The notes beneath the pieces were generated by a model. The model did not search any database and had not been told where the DNA came from. It worked only from the letters and a program-made list of their open reading frames with translations. This document shows, in pieces, positions 49,921 to 60,939 of a stretch of 64,000 bases of DNA (within the stretch, counting starts at the first letter, position 1; each line of letters starts with the position of its first letter). Origin of the DNA: Candidatus Lustribacter sp. (GTDB taxonomy: Bacteria; Vulcanimicrobiota; Vulcanimicrobiia; Vulcanimicrobiales; Vulcanimicrobiaceae); the NCBI GenBank assembly GCA_965277805.1, contig OZ255842.1:1216001-1280000 (forward strand), read 5' to 3'. A program made the translations under genes and the position numbers.

Positions 49921-50200
49921 TACCGTGGACGCCGCGACGTCCGAGCGCTCGCGTAACCGCCGCCGCATCAAGCAGGGGCGCGTCGCGAGCAACAAGATGG
50001 ACAAGACGATCGTCGTCGTGGCCGAAACCCGCGTTCCGCATCCGGTCTACAAAAAAGTCGTCCGGCAGTCGCGGCGTTTCAAGGCGCATGACGAGCAGAA
50101 CACCGCCGGCATCGGCGATCTCGTCCGCATCCAAGAGTGCCGTCCGTATTCCAAAGAGAAGCGCTGGCGCTTGCTCGAGATCGTGGAGCGTGCCAAGTGA
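49907..50200 (+). CDS. rpsQ: 30S ribosomal protein S17
   Basis: [18 protein letters not shown]. Confidence 0.96.
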   Translation: MEQPSTVDAATSERSRNRRRIKQGRVASNKMDKTIVVVAETRVPHPVYKKVVRQSRRFKAHDEQNTAGIGDLVRIQECRPYSKEKRWRLLEIVERAK

Positions 50201-50574
50201 TTCAGCAAGAAACGCGGCTCAAGGTCGCCGATAACAGCGGCGCGCGCGAGCTGCTCTGCATCCACGTGTCCGGCGGCAGCCGGCATCAGTACGCCTTCGT
50301 CGGCGACATCATCGTCGGGACCGTCAAGTCGGCGATCCCCGGTGCGGCCGTCAAGAAGGGCCAAGTCGTCAAGGCCGTCGTCGTGCGCACGTCGCAGCCG
50401 ATGCGCCGTCCCGACGGCTCGGTCATCAAGTTCGACGACAACGCGTGCGTCATCATCAAGGGCGAGAAAGACAACCTCGATCCGCGCGGTACGCGCGTGT
50501 TCGGGCCCGTCTGCCGCGAGCTCCGCGATCGCGGATTCCTCAAGATCGCGTCCTTGGCGCCTGAGGTTCTGTAG
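50197..50574 (+). CDS. rplN: 50S ribosomal protein L14
   Basis: [30 protein letters not shown] start. Confidence 0.97.
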   Translation: MIQQETRLKVADNSGARELLCIHVSGGSRHQYAFVGDIIVGTVKSAIPGAAVKKGQVVKAVVVRTSQPMRRPDGSVIKFDDNACVIIKGEKDNLDPRGTRVFGPVCRELRDRGFLKIASLAPEVL

Positions 50575-50576
50575 CG

Positions 50577-50945
50577 ATGGCCAAAGCACACATCGATTAC
50601 TCCATCCGGAAACCGAAGATCGTGTCGGGCGATACCGTCATGCTCCGGCGCGGTAAGGAGAAGGGCAAACGCGGCATCGTCAAAGCCGTGTTCCCGAAGG
50701 ACGGCAACGCGACCGTTGAGGGCCTCAACGTCGTGAAGCGTCACACCAAGCAAGGTCAGGACGGCTCGCGTTCGGGCGGCATTTTCGAAAAGGAAGCGCC
50801 GATTCCGCTGGGTGCCCTCCAAGTGATCGATCCCAAGACGAACGCGCCGACGCGCGTGCGCCGCATCCGGCAGAACGACGGCACCTCTGTGCGCGTCGCG
50901 AAGTCGGGCGAACAATTGCTCGTGCCGCAGAAGGCCGGGAAGTAA
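50577..50945 (+). CDS. rplX: 50S ribosomal protein L24
   Basis: GDTV...GKEKGKRG, VEGLN, EAPI. Confidence 0.96.
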   Translation: MAKAHIDYSIRKPKIVSGDTVMLRRGKEKGKRGIVKAVFPKDGNATVEGLNVVKRHTKQGQDGSRSGGIFEKEAPIPLGALQVIDPKTNAPTRVRRIRQNDGTSVRVAKSGEQLLVPQKAGK

Positions 50946-50951
50946 GTCACG

Positions 50952-51530
50952 ATGCCAACCGAGTTGCGCCTCAAAGAGAAGTACAAGACCCAAGTGGCGC
51001 CGCAGCTGAAAGAAAAATTCGGCTACAAGAACGTCCACCAGATCCCGAAATTCGACAAGGTCGTCATCAACATGTCGGTGACCGACGCGATCTCGAATTC
51101 CAAGGCTCTGGACGTTGCGCTGCAAGAGCTGCAGACGATCTCGGGCCAAAAGCCCGTGATCACCAAAGCGAAGAAATCCATCGCGGCGTTCAAGCTGCGC
51201 GAGGGGATGAACATCGGCGGTAAGGTCACGCTGCGCGGCGAGCGCATGTACGTGTTCCTCGACAAGCTGTTCAACATCGTGCTGCCGCGCATTCGCGACT
51301 TCCGCGGTCTCTCGCGCAAGTCGTTCGACGGACGCGGCAACTACAACATGGGCCTCAAAGAGCAGCTCGTGTTCCCGGAGATCAACTTCGACAAGGTCGA
51401 CAAGGCGCGCGGCATGGACATCGTGATCGTGACGACGGCTAAAAACGACGAAGAAGCGACGGCGTTCCTCGAATCGATGGGACTGCCACTACAAAAAGGC
51501 CCTGGTGAACGTGTGGGGATCGCAAGCTAA
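50952..51530 (+). CDS. rplE: 50S ribosomal protein L5
   Basis: [23 protein letters not shown]. Confidence 0.98.
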   Translation: MPTELRLKEKYKTQVAPQLKEKFGYKNVHQIPKFDKVVINMSVTDAISNSKALDVALQELQTISGQKPVITKAKKSIAAFKLREGMNIGGKVTLRGERMYVFLDKLFNIVLPRIRDFRGLSRKSFDGRGNYNMGLKEQLVFPEINFDKVDKARGMDIVIVTTAKNDEEATAFLESMGLPLQKGPGERVGIAS

Positions 51531-51715
51531 TGGCTAAGACCAGTTCGATCGAGCAATCCAAGCTCAAGCCGAAATTCGCGGTGCGCGGGCACAACCGTTG
51601 CCGCGTCTGCGGCCGGCCGCGCGGCTATCTGCGCAAGTTCGCCATGTGCCGTATTTGCTTCCGCGAAAACGCGCACCGCGGTTTCATTCCCGGTATCACC
51701 AAGGCTTCGTGGTAG
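51530..51715 (+). CDS. rpsN: 30S ribosomal protein S14, zinc-binding (type Z)
   Basis: 61 aa; CRVC...CRIC; KASW. Confidence 0.97.
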   Translation: MAKTSSIEQSKLKPKFAVRGHNRCRVCGRPRGYLRKFAMCRICFRENAHRGFIPGITKASW

Positions 51716-51725
51716 AGAGTAGACG

Positions 51726-52130
51726 ATGGGCGTAATCACCGATCCGATCGCCGATCTGCTGACGCGCATTCGCAACGCGAATACCGCCAATCACCAGACC
51801 GTCGACATTCCGGCCTCCAAGATGAAGAAAGCCGTCGCGCAGATTCTCGCCGACGAAGGCTTCGTCACGGCCGTCGAAGAGCTGAAGACCGAAGGTCCGC
51901 AAGGCACGCTTCGCATCCAGCTCAAGTACGGTCCGGAAAAAGAGAAAGTCATCACCGGTCTGCGGCGCATTTCGCGTCCCGGGCTGCGCGTCTACACGAC
52001 GAAGACCGAGATCCCGCGCGTTCTGGGCGGCCTCGGCCTCGTGATCATGTCGACTTCCAAGGGCATCATGTCGGGCAAACGCGCCAAGCGCGAAGGCTTC
52101 GGCGGTGAAGTCCTCGCGTACGTGTGGTAA
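51726..52130 (+). CDS. rpsH: 30S ribosomal protein S8
   Basis: [30 protein letters not shown]. Confidence 0.98.
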   Translation: MGVITDPIADLLTRIRNANTANHQTVDIPASKMKKAVAQILADEGFVTAVEELKTEGPQGTLRIQLKYGPEKEKVITGLRRISRPGLRVYTTKTEIPRVLGGLGLVIMSTSKGIMSGKRAKREGFGGEVLAYVW

Positions 52131-52136
52131 TCAGCT

Positions 52137-52688
52137 ATGTCACGAATTGGTAAGCTTCCGATCACCGTCCCCAGCGGCGTCATCGTCGACCTCGCCGAGG
52201 GCAGCGTGAAGGTCAAGGGTCCCAAGGGCGAGCTCTCGCAGCACGTGCTCGCGAACGTCGTCGAGCTCAAGCTCGAAGACGGCGTGATCACCGTGTCGCG
52301 CAAGACCGAAGACAAGCCGGGCCGCTCGGCGCACGGGCTCACGCGCACGCTGATCAACAACATGATCGAAGGCGTCACGAAGGGCTTCCGCAAGAGCCTC
52401 GAGCTGCAAGGCGTCGGTTACCGCGTCAACAAGGCCGGCAACGATCTCAACTTCTCGCTCGGTTACTCGCACCCGGTCGTCTACAAGGCGCCGGCGGGTA
52501 TCGCGTTCGCGGTCGAGGGCACGACGAAAGTGCACGTCGACGGCATCGACAAGCAGAAGGTCGGCCAAGTCGCCGCCGAGATCCGCGACCTCCGCCCGCC
52601 CGAACCGTATAAGGGTAAAGGCGTCCGCTACGAGGGCGAAGTCGTCCGCAAGAAGCTGGGTAAAGCCGGCAAAGCAGGTAAGAAGTAA
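52137..52688 (+). CDS. rplF: 50S ribosomal protein L6
   Basis: [20 protein letters not shown]. Confidence 0.98.
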   Translation: MSRIGKLPITVPSGVIVDLAEGSVKVKGPKGELSQHVLANVVELKLEDGVITVSRKTEDKPGRSAHGLTRTLINNMIEGVTKGFRKSLELQGVGYRVNKAGNDLNFSLGYSHPVVYKAPAGIAFAVEGTTKVHVDGIDKQKVGQVAAEIRDLRPPEPYKGKGVRYEGEVVRKKLGKAGKAGKK

Positions 52689-53056
52689 TGGCAGCCAAGG
52701 TTTCGCGTACCGTTCAGCGCCTGAAGCGCCACGGTCGCGTTCGCAAAAAGGTCATCGGAACGGAAGCGCGTCCGCGCTTGCAGATCTTCCGCAGCCTGCA
52801 CCACACCTACGCGTTCGTCGTCGACGATTCGAAGGGCCACACGCTCGTCACCGCGTCGACGCGCGAAGGCGCCGTTTCCGACGGCCTCGGTTCGCGTACC
52901 AACATCGACGCCGCGACCAAGATCGGTCAAACGATCGCGGAGCGCGCCAAAGCCAAGGGCATCACTTCGGTGGTGTTCGACACCTCGGGTCTGAAGTATC
53001 ACGGCCGCGTGGCCGCGCTTGCCGCCGCCGCCCGTGAAGCGGGACTGGACTTCTAA
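52688..53056 (+). CDS. rplR: 50S ribosomal protein L18
   Basis: [20 protein letters not shown]. Confidence 0.97.
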   Translation: MAAKVSRTVQRLKRHGRVRKKVIGTEARPRLQIFRSLHHTYAFVVDDSKGHTLVTASTREGAVSDGLGSRTNIDAATKIGQTIAERAKAKGITSVVFDTSGLKYHGRVAALAAAAREAGLDF

Positions 53057-53058
53057 GC

Positions 53059-53565
53059 ATGTATAATCGCAGTCGCGACCGCGACAATCAGGGTTTCGAA
53101 GAGACCGTCGTCCGCATCAACCGCGTGGCGAAGGTCGTCAAGGGCGGTAAACGCTTCTCGTTCTCGGCGCTGGTCGTCGTCGGCGATAAGAAGGGCCGCG
53201 TCGGCTTCGCCATCGGCAAGGCCGGCGAAGTTCCCGAAGCGATCCGCAAAGGCGTCGAGCAGGCGCGCAAAGAGCTGATCACCGTGCCGATGGTCGAGAA
53301 GACGATCCCGCACATGGTCAACACGCACATCGGTGCGGGACACGTACTGCTCAAGCCGGCCGCGCCCGGTACCGGCGTCATCGCGGGCGGCGCCATGCGC
53401 GCCGTACTCGAGCTGGCCGGCATCCACGACATCCTGACGAAGTCGCTCGGTTCGAACAACCCCATCAACGTCGTTCTCGCGACGTTCCACGCGCTCAAGT
53501 CGCTCAAGACCGCCGAACAAGTCGCGCAACTGCGCGGCAAGACGGTCGCTGAGCTCTACGCTTAA
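53059..53565 (+). CDS. rpsE: 30S ribosomal protein S5
   Basis: [27 protein letters not shown]. Confidence 0.98.
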   Translation: MYNRSRDRDNQGFEETVVRINRVAKVVKGGKRFSFSALVVVGDKKGRVGFAIGKAGEVPEAIRKGVEQARKELITVPMVEKTIPHMVNTHIGAGHVLLKPAAPGTGVIAGGAMRAVLELAGIHDILTKSLGSNNPINVVLATFHALKSLKTAEQVAQLRGKTVAELYA

Positions 53566-53574
53566 GGCATCACC

Positions 53575-54078
53575 ATGGCAGACGAAACGAAGTCCGGTCC
53601 GTACACGCTGGCGAGTCTCAAACCCAACCCGCACTCCCGTCCGAAGCGCACGCGCGTCGGCCGCGGGCATGGTTCGGGCATGGTCAAGACCGGCGGCGAG
53701 GGCGGTAAGGGTCAGACCGTGCGTTCAGGCGGCGGCAAGGGCCCCGCGTTCGAAGGCGGACAGACGCCGTGGGCACGCCGTTTGCCGCAGCGCAAGGGCG
53801 TCTCGCAGAAGGCTCGCGACATCGGCCATTTCCGGCAGACCTACGCCGTGATCAACATCGGCGATCTCGCCGATTGGGACGTCTCGATCGAAGTGTCGCC
53901 GCAATCGCTGCAGCAGCACGCGGGCATCAAGGACCTCAAGGACGGCGTCAAGGTGCTCGGCGGAGCGAAGAAGGGCGGCAAGCTGCCGACCGGTCTCAAA
54001 TTCCGCGACGTCCTGTTCTCGTCGACCGCGCGCGAAGCACTGAGCGCGGCGGGCGCCAACCTCGGCGAAGAGAGCTAA
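53575..54078 (+). CDS. rplO: 50S ribosomal protein L15
   Basis: RVGRGHGSG, FEGGQTP, VKVLG. Confidence 0.96.
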   Translation: MADETKSGPYTLASLKPNPHSRPKRTRVGRGHGSGMVKTGGEGGKGQTVRSGGGKGPAFEGGQTPWARRLPQRKGVSQKARDIGHFRQTYAVINIGDLADWDVSIEVSPQSLQQHAGIKDLKDGVKVLGGAKKGGKLPTGLKFRDVLFSSTAREALSAAGANLGEES

Positions 54079-54088
54079 AGATTCCGCT

Positions 54089-55378
54089 TTGCTGAACACC
54101 CTTCGCAACGCACTGCTCGTTCCCGAAATCCGCAAGCGGGTCGGGTTCGTCTTTTTTGCGTTTGCCGTCTTCGTGTTCATGATCCACGTCCAGCTTCCGA
54201 ACGTCGACCAGCAGAAGTGGCAGACGGTCATCGCATCGGGCGCGTTCTACCAGTTCTTAGGCTTCCTCTCGGGCGGCGCGCTCCAGAAGCTTTCGATCAT
54301 CGCGATGGGCATCACGCCCTACATCAACGCCTCGATCATCATGCAGTTGATGACGGTCGTGATTCCGCAGCTCGAAGAGATGGCCAAGAAAGGCGGCGAG
54401 GAAGGCCGCAAAACGATCAGCCGCTACACGCGCTGGCTCACGATCGTGCTGGCGTGCGTGCAAGCGTTCTCGATGTCGGTGGCCATGAATCGTTCGGGCG
54501 TGTTCTACGACACGTCGTGGCTGTTCGTCGCCTACGCGGCGCTCTCGTTCGTCTCGGGCACGATCTTCCTGATGTGGCTGGGCGAGCAGATCACCGACAA
54601 GGGCATCGGCAACGGCATCTCGCTGATCATCTTCGTCGGCATCGTGCTGCGTTTTCCGAGCCAAATCGGGCAGACGTTCCAGCTCGCCGGCACCGGCAGC
54701 GTCAACTATCTGGGCCTGATCCTGTGGCTCGCGATCGCGCTGATTACGATCGTCTCGATCGTCTTCATGTATCAGGGGCAGCGTCGCATCCCGGTGCAGC
54801 AAGCGCGCCGCGTGGTCGGCCGCAAGATGTTCGCCGGCCGCTCGAGCTACATTCCGCTGCGCCTCAACAACGCCGGCGTCATCTCGATCATCTTCGCGAT
54901 CTCGATCCTGCTCTTGCCGCAGCAAGCACTCTCGTGGTTCAGCGCTAGCGGCAAGCCCGGCATCGGCCAAGACATCGCCACGTTCTTGCAGCTGCACTTC
55001 TCGAGCACGTCGATCGCCTACAACGTCGTCTATTTCTTGCTGGTCGTGATCTTCACGTTCTTCTATTCCTCGATCGTGGTGAACACCAAAGACATCGCCG
55101 ACAACCTCAAAAAGTCGGGCTCGTTCATCCCCGGCATCCGGCCCGGCGATCCGACCGTGCAGTACATCAACAAGATTCTCTTCCGCATCACGGCCGCCGC
55201 CGCGGTGTACCTGGGCCTGCTCGCCGTGTTGCCGTCGCTGCAGCAGTCGACCGGACTCACGCAGCTCTACATCGGCTCGACCTCGCTGCTGATCGTGGTC
55301 GGCGTGGCGCTCGACTCGATCACCCAGATCGAAGCGCGCCTCGCGATGCGCGACTACCGCGGGTTCATCAAGAAGTGA
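54089..55378 (+). CDS. secY: Preprotein translocase SecY
   Basis: GITPYINASII, GIGNGISL, FIPGIRPG, TSLLIVVGV. Confidence 0.98.
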   Translation: MLNTLRNALLVPEIRKRVGFVFFAFAVFVFMIHVQLPNVDQQKWQTVIASGAFYQFLGFLSGGALQKLSIIAMGITPYINASIIMQLMTVVIPQLEEMAKKGGEEGRKTISRYTRWLTIVLACVQAFSMSVAMNRSGVFYDTSWLFVAYAALSFVSGTIFLMWLGEQITDKGIGNGISLIIFVGIVLRFPSQIGQTFQLAGTGSVNYLGLILWLAIALITIVSIVFMYQGQRRIPVQQARRVVGRKMFAGRSSYIPLRLNNAGVISIIFAISILLLPQQALSWFSASGKPGIGQDIATFLQLHFSSTSIAYNVVYFLLVVIFTFFYSSIVVNTKDIADNLKKSGSFIPGIRPGDPTVQYINKILFRITAAAAVYLGLLAVLPSLQQSTGLTQLYIGSTSLLIVVGVALDSITQIEARLAMRDYRGFIKK

Positions 55379-56028
55379 TCCTCGTATTCTTGGGCCCGCC
55401 CGGCGCCGGGAAGGGCACGCAGGCCAAGATTCTCGAGGACCGTTTCGGCTACCGGCAGATTTCGACCGGCGACATGCTGCGCCGTCATCGCAACGAGAAG
55501 ACGGCGCTCGGCCTGGAAGCGCAGGGCTATATGGACGCGGGCAAACTCGTGCCCGATGACCTCGTCATCCGGATGGTCGAAGCCGAACTCGCCAACGCCG
55601 ATAACGTGATCGTTGACGGCTTCCCGCGCACGATTCCGCAAGCCCAAGCGTTCGACTTGTTGCTCGATGCGAAGGGCCTCAAGTCCGTCGCGGTGATCTT
55701 CGACGTCGATAACAGCGTGCTGATCGACCGCATCACCGGCCGCTGGTCGAACCCGCGCACCGGCCGCGTCTATCATCAGAAGTTCAACCCGCCTAAGGTC
55801 GCCGGCATCGATGACGAAGACGGCGGACCGCTCGTGCAGCGTCCCGACGACGCCGCCGACGTGGTCACCAAACGCCTGGTCGAATACGACGAAAAGACCG
55901 CGCCGCTGATCGAGCACTACGAAAAGCACGGCGATTTCGTGCACGTTAACGGGCTCGGTGAGATCGGCGACGTCACGCGCGCGATCATCGCGAAATTGCC
56001 CGACGTCGGTAAAAACTCAGCCGCATGA
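55375..56028 (+). CDS. adk: Adenylate kinase
   Basis: GPPGAGKGTQ, STGDMLR, DGFPRT; LID domain lacks Cys zinc ligands. Confidence 0.97.
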   Translation: MILVFLGPPGAGKGTQAKILEDRFGYRQISTGDMLRRHRNEKTALGLEAQGYMDAGKLVPDDLVIRMVEAELANADNVIVDGFPRTIPQAQAFDLLLDAKGLKSVAVIFDVDNSVLIDRITGRWSNPRTGRVYHQKFNPPKVAGIDDEDGGPLVQRPDDAADVVTKRLVEYDEKTAPLIEHYEKHGDFVHVNGLGEIGDVTRAIIAKLPDVGKNSAA

Positions 56029-56825
56029 TCACGATAAAATCGGCGCGCGAGATCGAACTGATGCGCGTCAGCGGCAAGATCACGGCCAAAACGCTCTCGA
56101 TGCTGATGAAGACGGTCAAGGCCGGCATGACGACGGCCGAGATCGACAAAATGGCCGAAGAATCGATCCGCTCGATGGGCGGCACCCCGACGTTCATCGG
56201 CTACAACGGCTACGCGCACACGCTGTGCACCTCGGTCAACGAGGAAGTCGTTCACGGCATCCCCGGACCGCGCGTCCTCAAAGACGGCGATCTGCTCTCG
56301 CTCGACCTCGGCACGACGCTCGAGGGCTACGTCTCCGACTCGGCCGTGACGATCCCGATCGGCAACGTCAGCGCGGAGGCCAAGCGCCTGATGACCGTCA
56401 CCCAAGAATGTTTGATGCTCGGCATCGCGCAGATGCAGGCCGGCAATCGCCTCGGCGATATCGGCCATGCCGTGCAGCAGCACGCCGAGAAGCACGGCTA
56501 CGGTGTGGTCCGCCAGCTCGTCGGCCACGGCGTGGGAACCAAGCTCCATGAAGAGCCCCAAGTTCCCAACTACGGCACCCCCGGGCACGGCACACAGCTC
56601 CGTCCGGGCCTGGTTCTGGCCATCGAACCGATGATCACCGAGGCCAGCTACGAGGTCGAAACCCTCGACGACGGCTGGACGGTTATCACGGAAGATGGTA
56701 AACTAGCTGCGCACTTCGAGCATACCATCGCCGTAACCAACGAGGGTCCCCGGATCCTCACCCTGCGGGACTACGCCGAACATCCCGACGTGAACCGCTA
56801 CCGTCCCAAAGAAGAAGCAGCATGA
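56025..56825 (+). CDS. map: Type I methionine aminopeptidase
   Basis: [16 protein letters not shown]...HEEP, AIEPM, AHFEHT. Confidence 0.97.
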   Translation: MITIKSAREIELMRVSGKITAKTLSMLMKTVKAGMTTAEIDKMAEESIRSMGGTPTFIGYNGYAHTLCTSVNEEVVHGIPGPRVLKDGDLLSLDLGTTLEGYVSDSAVTIPIGNVSAEAKRLMTVTQECLMLGIAQMQAGNRLGDIGHAVQQHAEKHGYGVVRQLVGHGVGTKLHEEPQVPNYGTPGHGTQLRPGLVLAIEPMITEASYEVETLDDGWTVITEDGKLAAHFEHTIAVTNEGPRILTLRDYAEHPDVNRYRPKEEAA

Positions 56826-56938
56826 AAGTCCGTCCGTCCGTCAAGCGCATCTGTGATGCGTGCAAAATCATTCGCCGCGAAGGCAAAGTGCGCGTGATCT
56901 GCAGCGTCAATCCTAAGCACAAACAGGTTCAGGGGTAA
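56822..56938 (+). CDS. rpmJ: 50S ribosomal protein L36 (absent from ORF track)
   Basis: Manual translation [38 protein letters not shown]. Confidence 0.97.
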   Translation: MKVRPSVKRICDACKIIRREGKVRVICSVNPKHKQVQG

Positions 56939-56942
56939 CTCA

Positions 56943-57320
56943 ATGGCGCGTATTTCCGGCATCGATCTTCCGCGCGACAAGCGCATCGAGATCGCCCTCA
57001 CGTACATCTTCGGCATCGGTCTTCCGACGTCGAAGAAACTGCTCGCCCAAACGGGCGTCAGCCCGGACGTGCGCGTGAAAGACCTCTCGGGCGAAGACGA
57101 AAACAAGCTGCGCGAAGCGGTCGACGCGATGAAGGTCGAAGGCGACCTGCGCCGCGAGATCGCCGGTCATATCAAGCGCCTCACCGACATCGGCTGCTAC
57201 CGCGGCCTGCGTCACCGCCGCGGCCTGCCCGTGCGCGGCCAGCGTACGAAAACGAACGCGCGTACCCGCAAGGGCCCCAAGCGCACCGTTGCCGGCAAGA
57301 AGAAAGCCGCCAAGAAGTAA
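56943..57320 (+). CDS. rpsM: 30S ribosomal protein S13
   Basis: [31 protein letters not shown]. Confidence 0.98.
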   Translation: MARISGIDLPRDKRIEIALTYIFGIGLPTSKKLLAQTGVSPDVRVKDLSGEDENKLREAVDAMKVEGDLRREIAGHIKRLTDIGCYRGLRHRRGLPVRGQRTKTNARTRKGPKRTVAGKKKAAKK

Positions 57321-57344
57321 CGTTCAACCGCGTACTGTGATGCG

Positions 57345-57371
57345 AAGGACCGGCCCCGTGCCGGTCCTTTT
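57345..57371 (+). terminator. Rho-independent terminator after rpsM
   Basis: AAGGACCGGC/GCCGGTCCTT stem plus T tract. Confidence 0.82.
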
Positions 57372-57397
57372 CGTTTGGGCCGCGAAGCAGAGCGGCC

Positions 57398-57835
57398 ATG
57401 GAACGCGGAAAGTTTTCCGGTTTCGACCACGTCGATGCGCGCGTGCGCGACCTCGCCGCGGCGCGCACGTTTTACGACGCGCTCATGCCCGCGCTCGGCC
57501 TGACCCACATCTACGAAGAAGACGGGCAAGTCGAGTACTATCATCCGCCGCTGGTCGCCAACGCGCCGCGGCCGTTCTTCGGCCTGCACGAAGATCCGGC
57601 GCATATTCCCAATGAAACGTGCATCGCGTTCACCGCGGCCACGCCGGGCGATGTGGACCGGCTGGCGGCGATCGCCCGCGCCGCCGGCGCTGCGGAAATG
57701 GAAGGCCCGGAGATCCCGTATTCCTCCGAACGCTACTACGCCGTCTTCTTCCGCGACCCGAGCGGCAACCGCATTGAAATCTGCTACCGCCGCCCGCACG
57801 AAGACCGCAGCGAAGCCCTCGCTGCCGCCACGTAA
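57398..57835 (+). CDS. VOC/glyoxalase-family protein
   Basis: FDHVDARVRDL...FY; YYAVFFRDPSGNRIEI. Confidence 0.9.
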   Translation: MERGKFSGFDHVDARVRDLAAARTFYDALMPALGLTHIYEEDGQVEYYHPPLVANAPRPFFGLHEDPAHIPNETCIAFTAATPGDVDRLAAIARAAGAAEMEGPEIPYSSERYYAVFFRDPSGNRIEICYRRPHEDRSEALAAAT

Positions 57836-57909
57836 GCCGCCCGGCTGGAACGGAATTTCGTCAATCGCGAAGAATCTTGAAAGCAATTGCCGACCCGGAG
57901 GATTTGCGC

Positions 57910-58416
57910 ATGAGCCAGACGACCAGCCAGTCAGCATCCGCCAAGCCCAAACCGGCGCTGAACCTGCGCTTTCTCTCGCACGGCACCCTCGAATCGGCGG
58001 ATCTCGAGAAGACGCGCACGTTCTACGAAGAGTTTCTCGGGCTCGAAGTGCATCGCACGAGCCCCGTCTCGTTGATGGTGCGGCTCGGCGGCCAGCACGT
58101 CTACGCCGTGGTGCAATCGAAGGGCGGCTCCGAGATGCCGTTTCTCAACCACAACGGCCTCGACGTCGAGACGCGGGAAGAGGTCGACGAAGCGTACCGC
58201 ATCGCGTGCGAGCAAGCCGAGAAGTGGGGCCTGCGCAAGCTGAGCAAACCGGCGCTGCAACACGGCACGTACAGCTTCTACTTTTGGGACGCCGACGGCA
58301 ACGCGTGGGAGATCCTGACGAATCCGAAGGGCGGCTACTCCTGGATCTTCGAGATGGGCGATCTCGAGGGCAAAGGTCACATGGCGCGCGATTTCCTCGC
58401 CGGAAGGCCGGAGTAA
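57910..58416 (+). CDS. VOC/glyoxalase-family protein
   Basis: LSHGTL...FYEEFLGL; HNGLDV; FYFWDADGNAWEI. Confidence 0.88.
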   Translation: MSQTTSQSASAKPKPALNLRFLSHGTLESADLEKTRTFYEEFLGLEVHRTSPVSLMVRLGGQHVYAVVQSKGGSEMPFLNHNGLDVETREEVDEAYRIACEQAEKWGLRKLSKPALQHGTYSFYFWDADGNAWEILTNPKGGYSWIFEMGDLEGKGHMARDFLAGRPE

Positions 58417-58429
58417 CGGCGCTCGATCC

Positions 58430-59386
58430 GTGCAGCTCGTTACCCTAAAGCGGGGCCGCACGGCCGGCGTGATGGTCGGCGACGACGTGCTCGATTTCGT
58501 GACGGCGCGTGAGTCGCTCCAAGCGGCGCGTCTGATCCCGCCGAGCGTTCGCGGGATTCTCGAAGGCGGTGACGCCGCGCTCGATCTCGTGCGCCGCGCG
58601 ATCGACGCGTGCACGAGCGACGGCGTGCGCGAACGGCTGCGGGCTGCCGGCGCGTTGACCAAGCGCGATGCGACCCCGCTGTTCGCGCCGATTCCCGATC
58701 CGGGCATGATCCTCTCGTGCGGGCTCAATTATCACGCGCATCTGCGTGAGATGGCGACGCCGGTGCCCGATGCGCCGACCGCGTTCACGAAGAATGCCGC
58801 CCAGCTGATTGGTCCCGAAGATGCGATCGTGCTGCCGCCCAAGCATTCCGACATGGTGGATTGGGAAGGCGAGTTCAGCGTCGTGATCGGGCGGCCCGCT
58901 TACAACGTGAGCGAACGCGAGGCACTCGATTACGTAGGCGGTTACACGCTGATCAACGACGTCTCGGCGCGCGATTGGGTAGCGCCGGTGTTTCGCGCGA
59001 CCGGTGTGATGGGCCCCATCCTGGCCTGGGAACAGAACCTGCTCGGCAAGCAGTTCCCGACGTTCTGTCCTATGGGTCCGGTTGTGGTGACGCCCGACGA
59101 AATCGGCGACGTCGAGAATGTCGAGCTCTCGACGCTGCTTAACGGCGAGGTGATGCAGTCGGCAAACACCAGCGACCTCGTGTTCGGCGTGCGCAAACTC
59201 ATCGCGTACTATTCGCAGTTCTACGCGTTCCGGCCGGGTGACGTGATCACGACCGGTTCGCCGTCAGGCGTCGGCTATGGACGCGATCCGAAAGTCTTCA
59301 TGCACGACGGCGACCGCATCGAAGTACGCGCCGGCGCCATCGGCGTGCTGGCTAACCCGGTCTGCGCCGTTTCCCCGCTTCCGTGA
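58430..59386 (+). CDS. Fumarylacetoacetate hydrolase family protein
   Basis: GLNY..H, DWEGE, NDVSARD, GK, GDVITTGSPSGVG. Confidence 0.94.
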   Translation: MQLVTLKRGRTAGVMVGDDVLDFVTARESLQAARLIPPSVRGILEGGDAALDLVRRAIDACTSDGVRERLRAAGALTKRDATPLFAPIPDPGMILSCGLNYHAHLREMATPVPDAPTAFTKNAAQLIGPEDAIVLPPKHSDMVDWEGEFSVVIGRPAYNVSEREALDYVGGYTLINDVSARDWVAPVFRATGVMGPILAWEQNLLGKQFPTFCPMGPVVVTPDEIGDVENVELSTLLNGEVMQSANTSDLVFGVRKLIAYYSQFYAFRPGDVITTGSPSGVGYGRDPKVFMHDGDRIEVRAGAIGVLANPVCAVSPLP

Positions 59387-59906
59387 GCAGCGCGCGCAGA
59401 TAGCGCGTCGGCTGCGTCGGACCGAGCCCGTCGTGCGGCGGCAACGGTTGGCCCTTGCTGCGCGCGAGTTCGTGCGCCGTCAGATAGGCGTAGAGCGCAT
59501 CGTAGACGGGAAGGCTCCGCGTGATGATCGCCGCGTCATCGTCCTCGAGCAGCATCGTGCCCTCGGAAATCGCGAGCAGTCCGAGCGCCGCTTGTAACTC
59601 CTGCGTTTCCGGCTGCTCGTTCTGGAGCACGTAGGCGATTCCGGCTTGGATGATTCGCGCGAGCGCGTGGAGGCTCGGATCATCCAGCTGGTACTTCGCG
59701 AGCAATTTGGCGAACGTGCTGCCCGCTTCGTCGTGCGGCCCGATCTCCGCCCCGGGCAACGCGAAGGGGATCGCGTCTGCCGGCTGCTGCGCCTCTTGGC
59801 CCCACGGCACGAAAACGAAAACCGCATCCGGATCGATGAAACGTTTGATCAGCCACGGCGACGCCACGCGATCGAGGTGCACGAAATCCCGCGTTACCCA
59901 CTTCAT
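59352..59906 (-). CDS. ChrB-like (chromate resistance) domain protein
   Basis: MKWVTR...DRVASPWLIKRFIDPDAVF; YDALY. Confidence 0.85.
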   Translation of the reverse strand: MKWVTRDFVHLDRVASPWLIKRFIDPDAVFVFVPWGQEAQQPADAIPFALPGAEIGPHDEAGSTFAKLLAKYQLDDPSLHALARIIQAGIAYVLQNEQPETQELQAALGLLAISEGTMLLEDDDAAIITRSLPVYDALYAYLTAHELARSKGQPLPPHDGLGPTQPTRYLRALLTEAGKRRRPG

Positions 59907-59928
59907 CTCGCCTCCAATGCGCTTTCGG

Positions 59929-60879
59929 CTAAATCGGCAGGTCGATTTCGCGTCCGCGCCCTGCTTTCACGCAGGCGTCGTAGACGTAGTTGGCCGCGGC
60001 CATGTCCCAGAGCGCGACGCCGAGGGATTCGAACATGGTGATCTGATCGGCGCTCGTGCGGCCCGGCGTTTTGCCGGTGACGATGTCGCTGAGCAGAACG
60101 GCGCGTGACCAGTCCCATGCGCCGGCTTTTTCGGCCTCGATCAGATCGCCCGATTCGACCTTCGCTTGCGCGAGGTCTTCGAGCGCGACGATGCCGGCGC
60201 GGCGCACCACGTCGCCATCGATCTCGGCCGACGTCGCGCGGTTCGAACCGGCGGCGTTGACGTGCGTGCCCGGATCGAGCATCGAACCGAGGACGAGCGG
60301 GGTCGAGGCGCTGGTCATCGTCGTTACGACGTGCGCGCCGCGCACGGCGTTCGCAACGCTGTCCGCCGCTTCGACCGGAATCTTCAAGAGGGCGCTCATC
60401 TCGCCGCAGAACTTCGCCGTATGTTCGGGGTTGCGGCCGGCGGCGCGCGCGTGCGTGATCGGACGCGCGCGGCAGACGGCCTCGAGCTGCGTGCGCGCTT
60501 GCCAGCCGGTGCCGATGATGGCGGCGACGCTCGCGTCGGGGCGCGCCATCAGCCGCGTCGCGAGGCCGGATGCGGCGCCCGTGCGGATCTGTCCGAGCCG
60601 GTTGGCTTGGATCAGCGCGATCATCTTTGCGTCGCTGCCGTAGACGGTAACGACGAAGTTCGCGTGGCCGGCGCCGATCGGGTAGCACTTGTGACCGATG
60701 CGCCCGTCGAGACCTGCGCCCATCAGGTTCATGCGCACGCCGGTGGTGAACGGACGCTGACGCGGGGTGTTGGAGGCGGTGCCTGCTGCGAGCGCGCGCG
60801 CGGCGGCGTCCAGCAGGTCGATCGTGGTGGCAACGTCGAGGGTTGCGTCGACGTCTTCTTCGGTAATAAAGCGAACCAT
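59929..60879 (-). CDS. Ornithine cyclodeaminase / mu-crystallin family protein
   Basis: LGQIRTGAAS, IGTGWQA, HVNAAGSN, FESLGVA; start trimmed to MVRFI. Confidence 0.92.
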   Translation of the reverse strand: MVRFITEEDVDATLDVATTIDLLDAAARALAAGTASNTPRQRPFTTGVRMNLMGAGLDGRIGHKCYPIGAGHANFVVTVYGSDAKMIALIQANRLGQIRTGAASGLATRLMARPDASVAAIIGTGWQARTQLEAVCRARPITHARAAGRNPEHTAKFCGEMSALLKIPVEAADSVANAVRGAHVVTTMTSASTPLVLGSMLDPGTHVNAAGSNRATSAEIDGDVVRRAGIVALEDLAQAKVESGDLIEAEKAGAWDWSRAVLLSDIVTGKTPGRTSADQITMFESLGVALWDMAAANYVYDACVKAGRGREIDLPI

Positions 60880-60939
60880 GAACGCTGGAAACCAGCCCAT
60901 CGGCGGGCGTTTGCAGCGCGCGGGTCGTACGGCGCACCT

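Noticed and set aside
59352-59906. Chromate resistance locus
   Set aside because: Only a ChrB-like domain is present and there is no chrA transporter in the window, so the phenotype is unsupported
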